The position numbers and the translations under genes were made by a program. A DNA stretch of 64,000 bases from Octopus bimaculoides (taxonomy: Eukaryota), in NCBI RefSeq assembly GCF_001194135.2, contig NC_068981.1, forward strand, positions 4,823,417 to 4,887,416. The letters are read 5' to 3'. The notes under the pieces are model-generated. The model had not been told where the DNA came from and made no database searches. It was given only the letters and a program-made list of their open reading frames with translations. The number at the start of each line of letters is the position of its first letter. The stretch's first letter is position 1. This document shows, one piece after another, positions 47,200-59,088 of the stretch.

Positions 47200-48258
47200 T
47201 AGGGCCTCTCACTCAGAGTAAAAGGCAGACTGTATGATGCATGTGTACGAACAGCCATGCTTCATGGCAGTGAAACATGGGCCGTGACTGCTGAAGACAT
47301 GCGTAGGCTCGCAAGGAGTGAAGCCAGTATGCTCCAATGGATGTGTAATGTCAGTGTGCATACTAGACAGAGTGTAAATATCTTGAGAGAAAAGTTGAAC
47401 CTAAGAAGCATCAGTTGTGGTGTGCAAGAGAGACGATTGCGCTGGTATGGTCATGTAGCGAGAATGGATGAGGATAGCTGTGTGAAAAAGTGCCACACCC
47501 TAGCAGTGGAGGGAACCTGTGGAAGAGGTAGGCCCAGAAAGACCTGGGATGAGGTGGTGAGGCAAGACCTTTNNNNNNNNNNNNNNNNNNNNNNNNNNNN
47601 NNNNNNNNNNNNNNNNNNNNNNNNNNNNNNNNNNNNNNNNNNNNNNNNNNNNNNNNNNNNNNNNNNNNNNNNNNNNNNNNNNNNNNNNNNNNNNNNNNNN
47701 NNNNNNNNNNNNNNNNNNNNNNNNNNNNNNNNNNNNNNNNNNNNNNNNNNNNNNNNNNNNNNNGTGTAGCCAGCCCACTTATGCGTACCTTTCCTTCCTT
47801 GGACACTAAACTCCGCTTGCGAAGACCTGTTGAGGCAAGTGATATCGAAATCGAACTAAATTCGACGACTGGCACCCATGCCAACGTCATCTCCTTCATT
47901 GGATACGAAACTCAGCTTGCGAAGACTTGTTGGGGCAAGCAAAATCGTGATGGCACCTGTGCCCAGCGTCGCCTTTCTGGCACTTGTGCCCACAGCATGT
48001 GTAAGGACTTTCGTAAAAAACACCATTTGAGCGTGGCCATTGCCAGTATCGCCTGACTGGCCCTCGTGCTGGTGGCACGTAAAAGCGCCTACTACACTCT
48101 CGGAGTGGTTGGTGTTAGGAAGGGCATCTAGCTGTAGAAACTCTGCCAAATCAGATTGGAGCCTGGTGTAGCCATCGGGTTTCACCAGTCCTCAGTCAAA
48201 TCGTCCAACCCAGGCTAGCATAGAAAGCGGATGTTAAACGATGATGATGATGATGATA
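47200..48258 (+). mobile_element. RTE (BovB-like) LINE 3' portion, spanning a gap
   Basis: GLSLRVKGRLYDACVRTAMLHGSETW...QERRLRWYGHVARM...GRGRPRKTWDEVV; same 3' UTR and (GAT)n tail as 44790-45600. Confidence 0.9.
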
Positions 48259-48389
48259 TATGATGGACTCTCCCATCAAAGCTGATATATGAGCATTCAG
48301 CTTTTGTCAAATGACCTGCATGACAAATGATTTGTTTATTGCGATCAAATGTTCGTGCTGTACATTAATTCACTCTCTCCATCAAATCA

Positions 48390-48550
48390 ACATTACCTGA
48401 ACAGGTGCACAGGTATGCCATGTGTCAGTCAGGTGTCAAAGTGATTGCAGAGCAGCGTGAGATGGAGTGTTTTGCTCAAGAACACAACACACCACCTGGT
48501 CCAGGAATTGAAACCACAATTTTACAATTGTAAGTGCAACACCCTAATCA
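48390..48550 (-). mobile_element. tRNA-derived SINE, family E
   Basis: Reverse reads TAGGGTGTTGCACTTACAATTGTAAAATTGTGGTTTCAATTCC...GTGTTGTGTTCTTGAGCAAAACACT, a B-box head plus conserved core. Confidence 0.55.
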
Positions 48551-50227
48551 GGATAAGTCCCACTGGGTAAGTCTCCTCAACTGTAGCTTCAGGCCAACCA
48601 AAGCCTTGTGAGTGGATTTGGTAGATGGAAACTGAAAGAAGCTCATCATATACCTGTATACATCCCAATTAACTATATTTTGGCAAACTGTTGAACCAAT
48701 GGCAATATGCAGCATGGACATTAGATTATGTTGATAATAATGATGATTAATTTATATCCAGAGGTTGTCTCCCCTGAATTTCTTGACCAGAATTAGTCAA
48801 TCAAGTGATTATTTATTATTCCCCACCTCATTATTGTTGTGATTATAATCAAACTTTCTTGGCTATAATTAATTTCATCTTTAATTTCATTGTTATGTCC
48901 CACTTTCTAATATATCTAACAAATTTAAGGCTAAAACATGCTGAAGATTTCTAAAAAGGATGAAATAGTGCTCTACACGATAACCACTAACTAGAAGTTG
49001 TAAGAACTTCACTCTAAATAATAGTAAAAACAAAAGAATTTGAATGTGTGTGTGTGTGTTCTCTCTATATTGCTTGATTTCAAGTTCAAACTTCCAATTC
49101 CATATTGTGAGGAGATAATTACCTCCCTTTGTAATAACACTCATTCAGAGAGCACTGCGTATGTTTCTTGGCTCCTTCCTTCATCAAGTACGGAGAGGAC
49201 AGACAATGAAACAGCAAGTGATACTTACTTCTTCTGCAATATGTAAGCCCTCCAGCTTACTAAATCTTCTGTCACCTCTGTGGGCTTTAGTGTTATTAAA
49301 TTCATTGCTTGAAAGATGATAGGAATCATAGCTACACACTGAAAGTTTATCCTAGAATGGAATGGAAAAACATTTACTAAAGTCAGTCTGACAAGGGGAA
49401 TAATTCTTTCTTCAACATTATAGAGATTAATAAGGAAACATGGTTACCACATGGCAGGAAACACATCTAGGATTACAGCAATTCATCATCATCGTCATCA
49501 ATATCATCATTGTTTTTACATCCCCTTTTCCATGCTTATATGAGTGAGATGAAATTCGTTGCATTGGATTTTCTACAACCTGATGCCTCTCCTGTCACCA
49601 ATCCTCACAAGTTTTCAAGCAAAATGATATTGCTCCATGGCCAGACATGTTTACATGTGCAGAATGCCTAATTATAAAAATATAAGAGGATTTTTTTTTA
49701 AACATTGAATGGCTATGAGGATCCACCCAAATAATATAGGTGTCAAAAGGATCCATAGCTAAAGAATGGTTGAGAACCACAGTTTTGACAGCCTTGGTTT
49801 GAAACATTATCTTGTGTCTTTTGTTAGACATAGGACTTTCCACTTCCTCTGGTCTTGTGCTTCTCTCCATCATTTTGGTCTGAATTTCTCAAGATCATTT
49901 CATAGTTCCATAAGTAGTTTCTGAAGATCCAATGTGTTGATCCTGAAGTTCATTGATTGTCTGTCGTCCCCAGCACATAACCTGTCTTGTTCCTCATCAA
50001 CTTGATCATGTCAATCGTTTGTCCACAGGTTTTGTAACTTTGAGGTCCCTTACTTGAAAAAGAAGTAAGGGTTAGCAAAGGAACTGCATCTCTCTATAAA
50101 ACAATGCCTCGATATTCATGTAACCCGTACTGGACATGAAAACTTAAACAAAAACTGGTTGTGATGTAAAGGGACTACAAACCTAACTACATCACCCAGT
50201 TTGCCGACCCACTGTAATTCTTGAGTC

Positions 50228-50670
50228 AACTGATGATTAGCGACAGGTTGATCAATTTCCCCTAATGTTGCTAATTAATTACAAGCTGGTATATTACTTT
50301 CTTTCTGTTACAAACGGTTAACTATAGGCCAGTATATTTTCCCTACTGTTACTAGTGGTTAACCACAAGCTGGTAGATTTCCTTTCTGTTACTAACTACT
50401 GGCTGGTATACATTTCCACTGCTGCTAATGGTTAATTACAACCTGGTATGTTTCCCTGCTGTTACTATTGGATAACTACAGGTCAGTATATTCCTTAATG
50501 ACTTACCTAAAGACTGGTATAGTTCTTTCTCTACTGTTGCTAATGGTTAACTGCAGGTTGGTAGATTTCGCTACTGTTGCTAACAGTTATCTACGAGTCA
50601 GCATATTTTACTACCGTTGATAATCGTTAATTACAAGTTAGTATACACCTCACCATAGTTGTTAATTACA
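50228..50670. repeat. Diverged ~40-bp minisatellite, about 12 copies
   Basis: Consensus CTGTTGCTAATGGTTAACTACAGGCTGGTATATTTCCCTA, contiguous with no unique spacers. Confidence 0.85.
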
Positions 50671-50709
50671 TGATGGTATATTAATATTGATATATTAATC
50701 AAAACTGAA

Positions 50710-50930
50710 TAAATTTTAGTGGAAACTCCTAAAGAAGTAGAATTAATTCCTCAACCGCTAATATGGGGACCCACCCAGGGAAAGAGAAAGCAAGGAAGTC
50801 CTGCAATGACAGGCATCGATGTTGTGGAACATGAATCTGTCGCTCTTTCATCAATCGTGAACTTGTAAAGGAAGACAGAGATCAATGAAAACTAATTACC
50901 AATGCAGCCTGATTATCATCAATACGACGA
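50710..50930 (+). mobile_element. RTE-X-like LINE 3' fragment
   Basis: LIWGPTQGKRKQGSPAMTGIDVVE resembles WxPxxGKRKxGRPxxTYID and is related to 14340-14670. Confidence 0.5.
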
Positions 50931-51685
50931 TGAGGAGTGTGTAATCAAAATCGCCGAACAATAGCCTAATGTTTCATAAGCATTTAGTCTCCAGTTCAAG
51001 TTTTCCCACAATTCTAGAGAGATCCAAAGAGAAATCAAACATACGGATTCTCTTTAGACTTAAATAAATACCAGATTTTCAGTCATGCACTTCAAAAATA
51101 TCCGACCACAGGATTAATTCCAACATGTCATATCGCTCTATGTAGGTCACTAACGCTTTTAGGAAAGAACATGACTATCACAAACTCACATTCTTCAAGG
51201 CGACCCCAGCAGGTGTGGTCCCGGGAATTTTTCGAAGGGATGGCACAAGGTCAGAAGGGAATACAATTCCAGAAGAAAAGGGCGTAATGACATTATTTAG
51301 AAGGGCGCACTTCTGTTCTTGGAGGGGAGGGGGCTCCCCCTCTTGGGTCCGACCCTGCCCAGCGGAACTTGAACTCGTAAACCCGAAGGACGAAATGAAG
51401 CATTCAGTCTGCTGTTTTGTCCTAACACAACGTCCTTGTATAAGACATCGATATTGTTTGTTGAACTTATTGACAAGGTTTATAATACAGACAGACAGAC
51501 AACAAACAGAGAGAGAGAGAAAGAGAGAAAAATATTAACAAATATATATATATACATAACAAATAATGTACACAGAAATGTACGTACGTGTGTGTATGTG
51601 TATATATATNNNNNNNNNNNNNNNNNNNNNNNNNNNNNNNNNNNNNNNNNNNNNNNNNNNNNNNNNNNNNNNNNNNNNNNNNNNN

Positions 51686-51746
<61 letters not shown>

Positions 51747-52478
51747 GGCTACATACATACATACATACACACATACATACATGCATGCACACACACACAT
51801 ATACAAAACATACATTCGTGTAGGTAGATGTGCTTCTTTTTCGATATATGATCCACTGACCACACACACACGCGCGCACGCACACACACACACACACACA
51901 CATGTATATGTATATGTAAACAGGAAACTACTGATGCTCACAAAACAATTGATTGTTGTTGGGTGAAAATGAAAAGCCTTGTAAAATCGTTCGAGTGGTT
52001 CGCATCACCGCTGTAACCATTAACAACCATTGACAACCATTGACGGAGAATTACTTACACGAATTACATTAGCGTTGTTATAAAATGTCCTTTGAGGGGG
52101 CAACTTCGCTAAAGGTGGCAAGAAAAAATAGCCGGACAGCTCACACGGTTTCCCTGTCAAGAGAAATTCATCTGTGCTTGTTTTCACAGAAATTGTCTGG
52201 GTCATAGTTCAGATATTTACGTGTCCCGAAGATCCTATGATACTCTTACAACGTACCTGTTGATCGCTGTTATTTCGTCACGTTACGTAGTCTTTAAACT
52301 ATGGATGTACAAAAGCGTAGCTATTAATCTTCAAGCGATATAAGTGATATTTGTTTTTTTTTCATTTTTATTTTCAAAGAAATTTAATAAAATTATTGTT
52401 ATATTTCGGGACGGCCATTGTTTTTTTTGCCCGATATACACACGCACTGTATATTCGTTCTTCACTCGTTTATTACTG

Positions 52479-53562
52479 TTGAAACTCACAACAAACATGA
52501 GAGTGCAGTTAGGTGGTGATGCGCACCTGGAGAACTTCTGCAGGCAATTAATGGATATTGGAAACGGTGTTGTAATTGTTAAGCAGGATGGGAAGATTAG
52601 TTTATCCTTTGGCAATTTGGCGTCAAATATACACGAACTATTAGCGAGAGTTTTCTCCAATCTGAACATACAGTTCAAAGACCATTGTTAGCTGAGAAAA
52701 CGTGCAAATTTGGCGCCAAAAAATGTCGCAGTAGATGGCGTAAAGAATCACCTTCTGGAACAACTGCCTGGTGATCGTCGAACATAGAAGTCAATTGATG
52801 CTGTGCTCCACACCAATGATGCTGTCCATTATCCCGTTGAATTCTTCAAAAGCTTTGCACCTTCAGGTCTACCACCGCATGAATTGCATCTAAAGGTTGG
52901 AGCCCCAGTTATGCTTTTAAGAAACCTCGATCCTCCAAAATTATGCAATGGCACAAGACTTATTATCAAAAAATTGATGCAGATAGTGTTGGAGGCAACA
53001 ATACTGACTGGGAAAGCAAGTGGTGAAGAAGTTTTCCATTCCATAGATTCCTCTGATTCCTTCCGACACACAAATTGATTTCAAAAGGCTACAATTCCCA
53101 CTGAGATTAAGCTTTGCAATGAGCATCAACGAAGCACAGAGTCAGACATTGGAAGTGGTGAGCCTTAATCTTGCAGAACCTGCTTTTTCTCATGGACAGC
53201 TCTATGTCGGAGGCTCTAGAGTTGGAAATCTGGAAAATTTATTCATCTATGACCCAACGGCAAAACCAGAAACATTGTGTATCATGAAGCCTTGCACGAC
53301 TGAAATTTTGGAACAAAGATGCCTCTCCCTCCGAAAACCTCTCTTGTCAGCCCCCGACAATCTTTTTCACCAACCTCCGACAACCCCTCTCGCCAACCCC
53401 CAACAATCTCTCCCTCCTCCAGATGACAGTTTTTTGTACATTTTCATGATGGAAAATATGCCTTTTGTGGCAGTTATAATGAAATTGGTTTCTTATATCA
53501 GAGTAATAAGGTGTTTCAATAGAACATCTTTACCCCTGGGAATTACCGGGTACACCAGCTAT
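52479..53562 (+). mobile_element. Helitron remnant: PIF1-type helicase C-terminus and 3' terminus
   Basis: LKLTTNMRVQ...YPVEF...PSGLPPHELHLKVGAPVMLLRNLDPPKLCNGTRL...FAMSINEAQSQTL...FSHGQLYVGGSRV with stops and frameshifts. A 3' end CCCCTGGGAATTACCGGG...CAGCTA(T) lies near 53560. Confidence 0.9.
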
Positions 53563-53608
<46 letters not shown>

Positions 53609-53889
53609 TTTTAAAAAACAGGAGACAAAAAACAGAAAAAGACAAGAAAAAAACGTGAGGATGTAGCATGTGCAATATGTATACATATACATATGTATAT
53701 ATATATATGTATATATATATATGCACATGCATCTTACTGCCAACATGTACATGTTTACCAGCACAGCAACAACAATACAAGGAAGACAATTACACTACTA
53801 ATATTCATTATATTATTGTGCATATATACATGTGCACGCGCACGTGTGTGTGTTTGTGGGGATGGTGCATAGAGGTGGGGAAGCGATGA

Positions 53890-54400
53890 CATTGAAGAGG
53901 TAAAGAATTATGTCCATTTAGAGCAGACAGTGAATATGCACCAAAGTATGGGTGTTGAAATCTCAAAGAGGATAAGGGTAGGATGGAAGGCATTGAACTC
54001 GATAAAGGATTTACTCCAAACAAAGCTAGACAATGCCATACATGCCAGACTCTTCAAAAACACCATCCTACCTGTGTTCTCATTCACAAGTGAGACGTGG
54101 CCTACTACAAAGAGGATAAAACATTAAATGGTTACACTGTAAAAGGCCATGGAAAGGTCCATGCAAGGAATATCATTAAGAGAACAGATTTGAAATGAGA
54201 TAATTCAAGATTGGAGCAGAGTGAAGGATGTAAATGCAGAATACCAAAAGCCTGAGTTCCACCTGGCCAAATATGTTGTAAGGTTCACAGACAACAGGTG
54301 GACTTGTACAGTTGTTGAGTGATATCTAAAAGATCAGAGAAGGTCACTTGGAAGGCTTCCACAACAATGGCAAAACAAGTTGGTCAAGCAATTTGGGTCA
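53890..54400 (+). mobile_element. Decayed RTE-1-like LINE fragment
   Basis: EEVKNYVHLEQTVNMHQSMGVEISKRIRVGWKALNSIKD...SETW...KAMERSMQGISLREQI...FTDNRWT. Confidence 0.8.
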
Positions 54401-55485
54401 AGATGGAAAAGAATGATGCAATCAAGACAGAATTGGAAGTGCATTGTGACCAGTGGTGTATAACAACATCTGATGGTCTGGTCAATACCGTACTACTGTG
54501 ATATGTGTGTGTGTTTAGAAGTTTAGTAAAAAGTTGCCATACTTTAAGAAGTTAAGAGACTGTGGGCGTGGTGAGGTGAGGTGGTGGAATATGTTGATGA
54601 CTTTTCAAAGAGAATAATTAGTTGACATAAATGAAGTAGATTAATTAATGTTCCATGGTAATTAGCATAGCAGCATTGATAATTTAAACACTCAAACTTT
54701 CCATGACAGAAACTATTTCTTCTCATATTAGTGAATTGAGGAAATAGCTTCACCCATTCCCCAGCTCTCACTCCCCACCCTCGTTCACGCTGGCATCTTC
54801 CCCCACCCACACTCCTGCACCTGCTGTCTCGTCTACTTCTACAGAAGAAAAAAAAGCAAAAAAAAACAAGGGCACTCTCACCTCAAAGACAAACTCAGAA
54901 CAGCGTATTCAGCTTTGCTTCACAAGGATCAGCAAAATTTGTTGGCCATACATGCACATGTACACTACCCCAACCTCTAGCCAGAAACTACTCTCCCTCA
55001 GAGATCCTTTCCACATGCCTGTTCCCTTTGATACCCTGATGAAGAAAGAGGCCATTCAAATGCCCTGCTCCTTGATGTGAAGTCACTTCCCCTTGCTTCC
55101 AGTCCCAAAGTCACCCCTCCTCCCTTGCTTCTGGTCCTGACGTCTCCTTTCACTCAGCCATATCTACCCACCTCATACCTTTGGAGTCCACCCCGACATC
55201 TCATCACCATCAATTTTATCTCCTTCCTAACTCCCCTTGATCACTCGCACCCTCTCTTCCTAAGCCTAATTCATCATGTAGCTCCCTTAAACCAAGAAAC
55301 CTTTCCCACCCTGGTCCCTTCTCTCATACTTTAACCCCTCTGCAATCTTGTATAAAGCCACATCTCTTGAGATTTATAATCTGCATGTAGCATGGCAACC
55401 TGACTAATGGTGGTACCACATGAGAAGCACCCCATGTACCCCATGTAAAATGGTTGATGTTTGGAGGGGAATCCAGCTGGTTCGG

Positions 55486-55830
55486 GGTGAATTCGGTTAC
55501 AACAATTTATCTGTGTGTGGTTGTATGTGTGTGTGTGTCTGTGGTTGTATGTATGTGTATGTGAGTGTGGGAGTGGTTGTATGTATGTGTGTGTATGTAT
55601 CGTTGTACGTGTGTGGGAGTGGTTGTATGTATGTGTGTGTGCGGTTGTGGCTGTGTGTCTGTGGTTGTAGATGAATTGTTGTAGACAAATTCACCAGATA
55701 CCATCATCCAGCCATGTGTGTCCAGAAAATTCACCGTAAAAATGTTTGCCATGAGAAAATTTGCTGAAGAAAAATTTTCTGTGGGAAATTTTGCCATATA
55801 AGAAACTTCACCAGATGACAAATCCTTCAT
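55486..55830. repeat. 26-bp inverted repeats around a GTGGTTGTA/(GT)n array, followed by a ~15-bp AAAATTCACC-type tandem array
   Basis: GGTGAATTCGGTTACAACAATTTATC (55486-55511) vs GATGAATTGTTGTAGACAAATTCACC (55670-55695); about six AAAATT(T/C)NCC units at 55725-55820. Confidence 0.55.
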
Positions 55831-56294
55831 ATGGACAATAATAAAGCTTATTATGTGAGCATTTTTTTTTTAAATAAAAAGAAAAATGATAAAAATATTT
55901 TATAAAAGAATTAAAGAAGCCAAGTCTTTGATCAATGTCAAACATTAAGAAAATGGGATGAGGTCATTTGAAAGACATAAAACTTGCAAGCAATGTTGCA
56001 CAAATAATGCACCTTTTGTTGCAGGTTCTACTGAATGCAACTTTTTCTTTTAAGGCAAAAATGTTTATGGCAAAATTTCCTTTAACCCCCAGCCACGGAG
56101 ACCATGTCAAATCAGACAGTGGAGCAGGGTGCAGTCCTTGAACCCAACAACAGACCCTGTCAAACCGTCCCACCCTTGCCAGCTCGAAATATGGACATTG
56201 GAGGAGGAGGAGGATTTTGATGCTTGCCCTGGGCACAATTTACTCTAGCTACACTCCTGGTTCATATCATAGACTTGGAGCTGTTTCTGATGGG

Positions 56295-56470
56295 CTGGTC
56301 TCAGGTGGTGTTGGCTGATGAATGAAAATATGTTTCTTGGGCTGTGTGAAGAAGTAACTGAATGTCACCCACAAACATTCAACAGAAGATTTTATTGTTG
56401 CACATAAAAAACAAACTGCATTGGTCTTTTACAAAAAGAGAACAGCAATAATTACAGGCTGGGAGAGAAG
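56295..56470 (-). mobile_element. 3' half (R-U5-like) fragment of the solo-LTR family
   Basis: Direct repeat of 56630-56800 (period about 344 bp); its reverse matches 41690-41840. Confidence 0.7.
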
Positions 56471-56610
56471 GAAAAACCATGCTGCATTTGAAGAAATTAC
56501 TTATGAGTCATAGAGTGAATGTTTCATTTTAGGGTTCATTCATTGTTTAACCCTTCTGGGACCATATTTCTACTGAAATACACTGATTTTGTTTCAATTA
56601 GTTTGTTAGG

Positions 56611-57179
56611 GTTACAGTTGTTTTGTTTGCTGGTCTTAGGAGGTGACAACAGGTTGAGTTGATGAATGAAAATTTGTTTCTTGGGCTGTGTGAAGAAGTA
56701 ACTGAACGCCACCCACAAATATTCAACAGAAGATTTTATTGTCACACATAAAAACAAACCGTATTGGCCTTTTTTACAAATGACAACACCAATAATTATT
56801 GACTGAGAGAGAGAGTTTACAGTAAGCTTACTGATACAGCAACAGGCAGTTTGCTTAACATAACTGGAAACAATTGTGCTATATTCATGGTGGTGGTGGT
56901 TCTTGGTTGTCTGGCTGCACCAATTGTCTTAGCCATCTTCCTGTTAAAAACTGGATGCCATCTGGGGAGGCAGGAATGGTGAAACTTAAAGCTCAACATT
57001 CTGGTATTAATTACTGCTAAAAGGGGCCTTTTATAAGGCACAAGAAGATTCTATAAGACTGAATCTTATAATAGCTTGATGCTAATTGGTTAGTGAATTG
57101 AGCAATTATATGAAACCATAGTGGTTTGCTAGAGATGTCTGACTGTATAATCAAGGGATTCATTTTCAAATCCCCACCA
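56611..57179 (-). mobile_element. Solo LTR, same family as 41206-41851
   Basis: Reverse strand is collinear with the 41.2-kb copy: CAAACCAC, CCAAT (57085-89), TATAAAA (57029-35), GCACAATTGTTTCCAGTTATG and AATAAAATCTTCTGTT (56735-40). Confidence 0.75.
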
Positions 57180-57388
57180 TGGGGTTAATGTTATACATGA
57201 CAATATTCTGACCCTTGCTACATGTTAAAAAGTTAGGGGTTTTGTGTCACATGATGCTTAATATTATAAATTCAAATTACAACGAAAGTAAACAAACAAA
57301 CGAGGTTTGCTTTTAGAACCGTTGAGATGTCTTAGAAAGTTAAAGAAGTGATTTTTTAAATTCTCAAACGCAGGATAATGCTAATAAT

Positions 57389-57540
57389 ATTAAGCCTGGG
57401 CATGATAAACTACCCCTATTTTGCAGAAAAAGTGCTGGCAGCCAGCTATGAGACTCGAACCCACACCCCTGTGATTACACATCGCGGTGCTCTGACCTTT
57501 TTCTGCAAAATAGGGGTAGTTTATCCTGTTCAGGTTTAAT
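57389..57540. mobile_element. 44-bp inverted repeats enclosing a tRNA(Thr-TGT)-like fragment
   Basis: Arms 57389-57432 and 57497-57540 match at 40/44 nt. The loop on the minus strand reads GGTCAGAGCACCGCGATGTGTAATCACAGGGGTGTGGGTTCGAGTCTC, with an intact B box. Confidence 0.75.
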
Positions 57541-58209
57541 GGGTTTAAAGACAGATATACTCAGAAAATCCACTCACAAGGCTTTGGTTGGCCCAAGGCT
57601 ATAGAAGACACTTGCCCAAGTTGCTATGCAGTGGGACTGAAACCAAAACCATTTGGCTGGGAAGCTGGCTTCTTACCACACAGCCATGGTTGCACTTAAC
57701 ATTTTCATTCAGGCTTTTGAAAAAAAAGGGCTGATGAAGAATCCCAAACATGGAAAGAAACACGTCTTAGAGAAAATTTTCTACCAATTCTCTGGATTAA
57801 TATTGTTCATGGTTGAATTATTATTGTTGTTGTTGTTGTTGTTAGCTTTGACTGAGTAGACATATGATTAGTCCAGCCACGACCATCCTATCTTATCGTG
57901 TATCTAGCATGACATTATTCAATGTGTGCTTCTCATTTTCTTAAGATGCCGGTGAAGATATGACGGAGATTTGGCTGTCATTTCTAGCAGGTCAATTGAC
58001 TCCATAAAGACTCCCTTACTTGACCAGTCAGACAGTGGCTATTTAGTAGCAGGTTTCTCTTTACTTCCACCACACTCTTACATCTGACCACCACCACCAT
58101 TAACACCACCACCACCACCACCAAGTTCATTTATGGTATTAACACACACACACACACACANNNNNNNNNNTAACACCACCACCACCACCACCAAGTTCAT
58201 TTATGGTAT

Positions 58210-58243
<34 letters not shown>

Positions 58244-58820
58244 CCTAATTTTCTGTTCATTAAAAATTAAAATCTCATAATGACAGTTTCAGCTAATTAT
58301 CACTGCTGTTGAGAATGGTTTTAGCTTAGAATTTATGAATTAATAAGCTATGTCTATTGTATTCTGTCGTGTGTCTACACACACACACACACGCATGCAT
58401 GCAAGCACACATACACACATACACACACATACAGGCAAATGCATACACACACACGCACATGCATCTATGCACACACACACATATATTTATATGTATGCAT
58501 ACATAAATACATATATATTTACGTATATTCCTCGTCATTATTTTAATGTCTGCTTTTCCATTCTTTGTAAAGACTAAACAGAATTCATTGAGAAGGATTT
58601 TCTGCAGTTAGGTGCCCTTCCTGTCACCAACCCTTACATGTTTGCAAATAAGGTAACATTTCCCTCTATGGCCAGACATGCTTTCATGGAAGACTGGAAA
58701 TGAAGGACATCAGTTGCATGATGGTGACACTTGTTTACAGCTGCTACATGATGCCATGGCAAGGAAACAGTAACACACACACACACATGCACACAAAAAT
58801 ATATATGCAAACACATAAAT

Positions 58821-58879
<59 letters not shown>

Positions 58880-59088
58880 CACACACACACACACATGGTT
58901 CAAAATTGTACAAAAAACCCCAAAAAGCAAATGAGAGACAGGTGAGGGAACAACAAACCAGGAGTATTAATTTGACATGCAGGAAAAATGGAAGAAGTGT
59001 TTGATGTTTTGTGTCTATGTTCTTCTACAGAAAAAAAATGAGGAGAAAAAAAATGAAGAGGGAGGGTGTATACACGTGTGTATAGATA

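Noticed and set aside
50228-50670. CRISPR-like periodicity
   Set aside because: The units are contiguous and diverged with no unique spacers, no cas genes are present, and the context is eukaryotic.
55035-55075. CTGATGAAG motif
   Set aside because: No stem II closed by GAAA follows.
58100-58240. Exact ~60-bp duplication (TAACACCACC...TATGGTATTAACACACA)
   Set aside because: The two copies flank a 10-N gap, typical of an unmerged contig overlap, so this is probably an assembly artefact.
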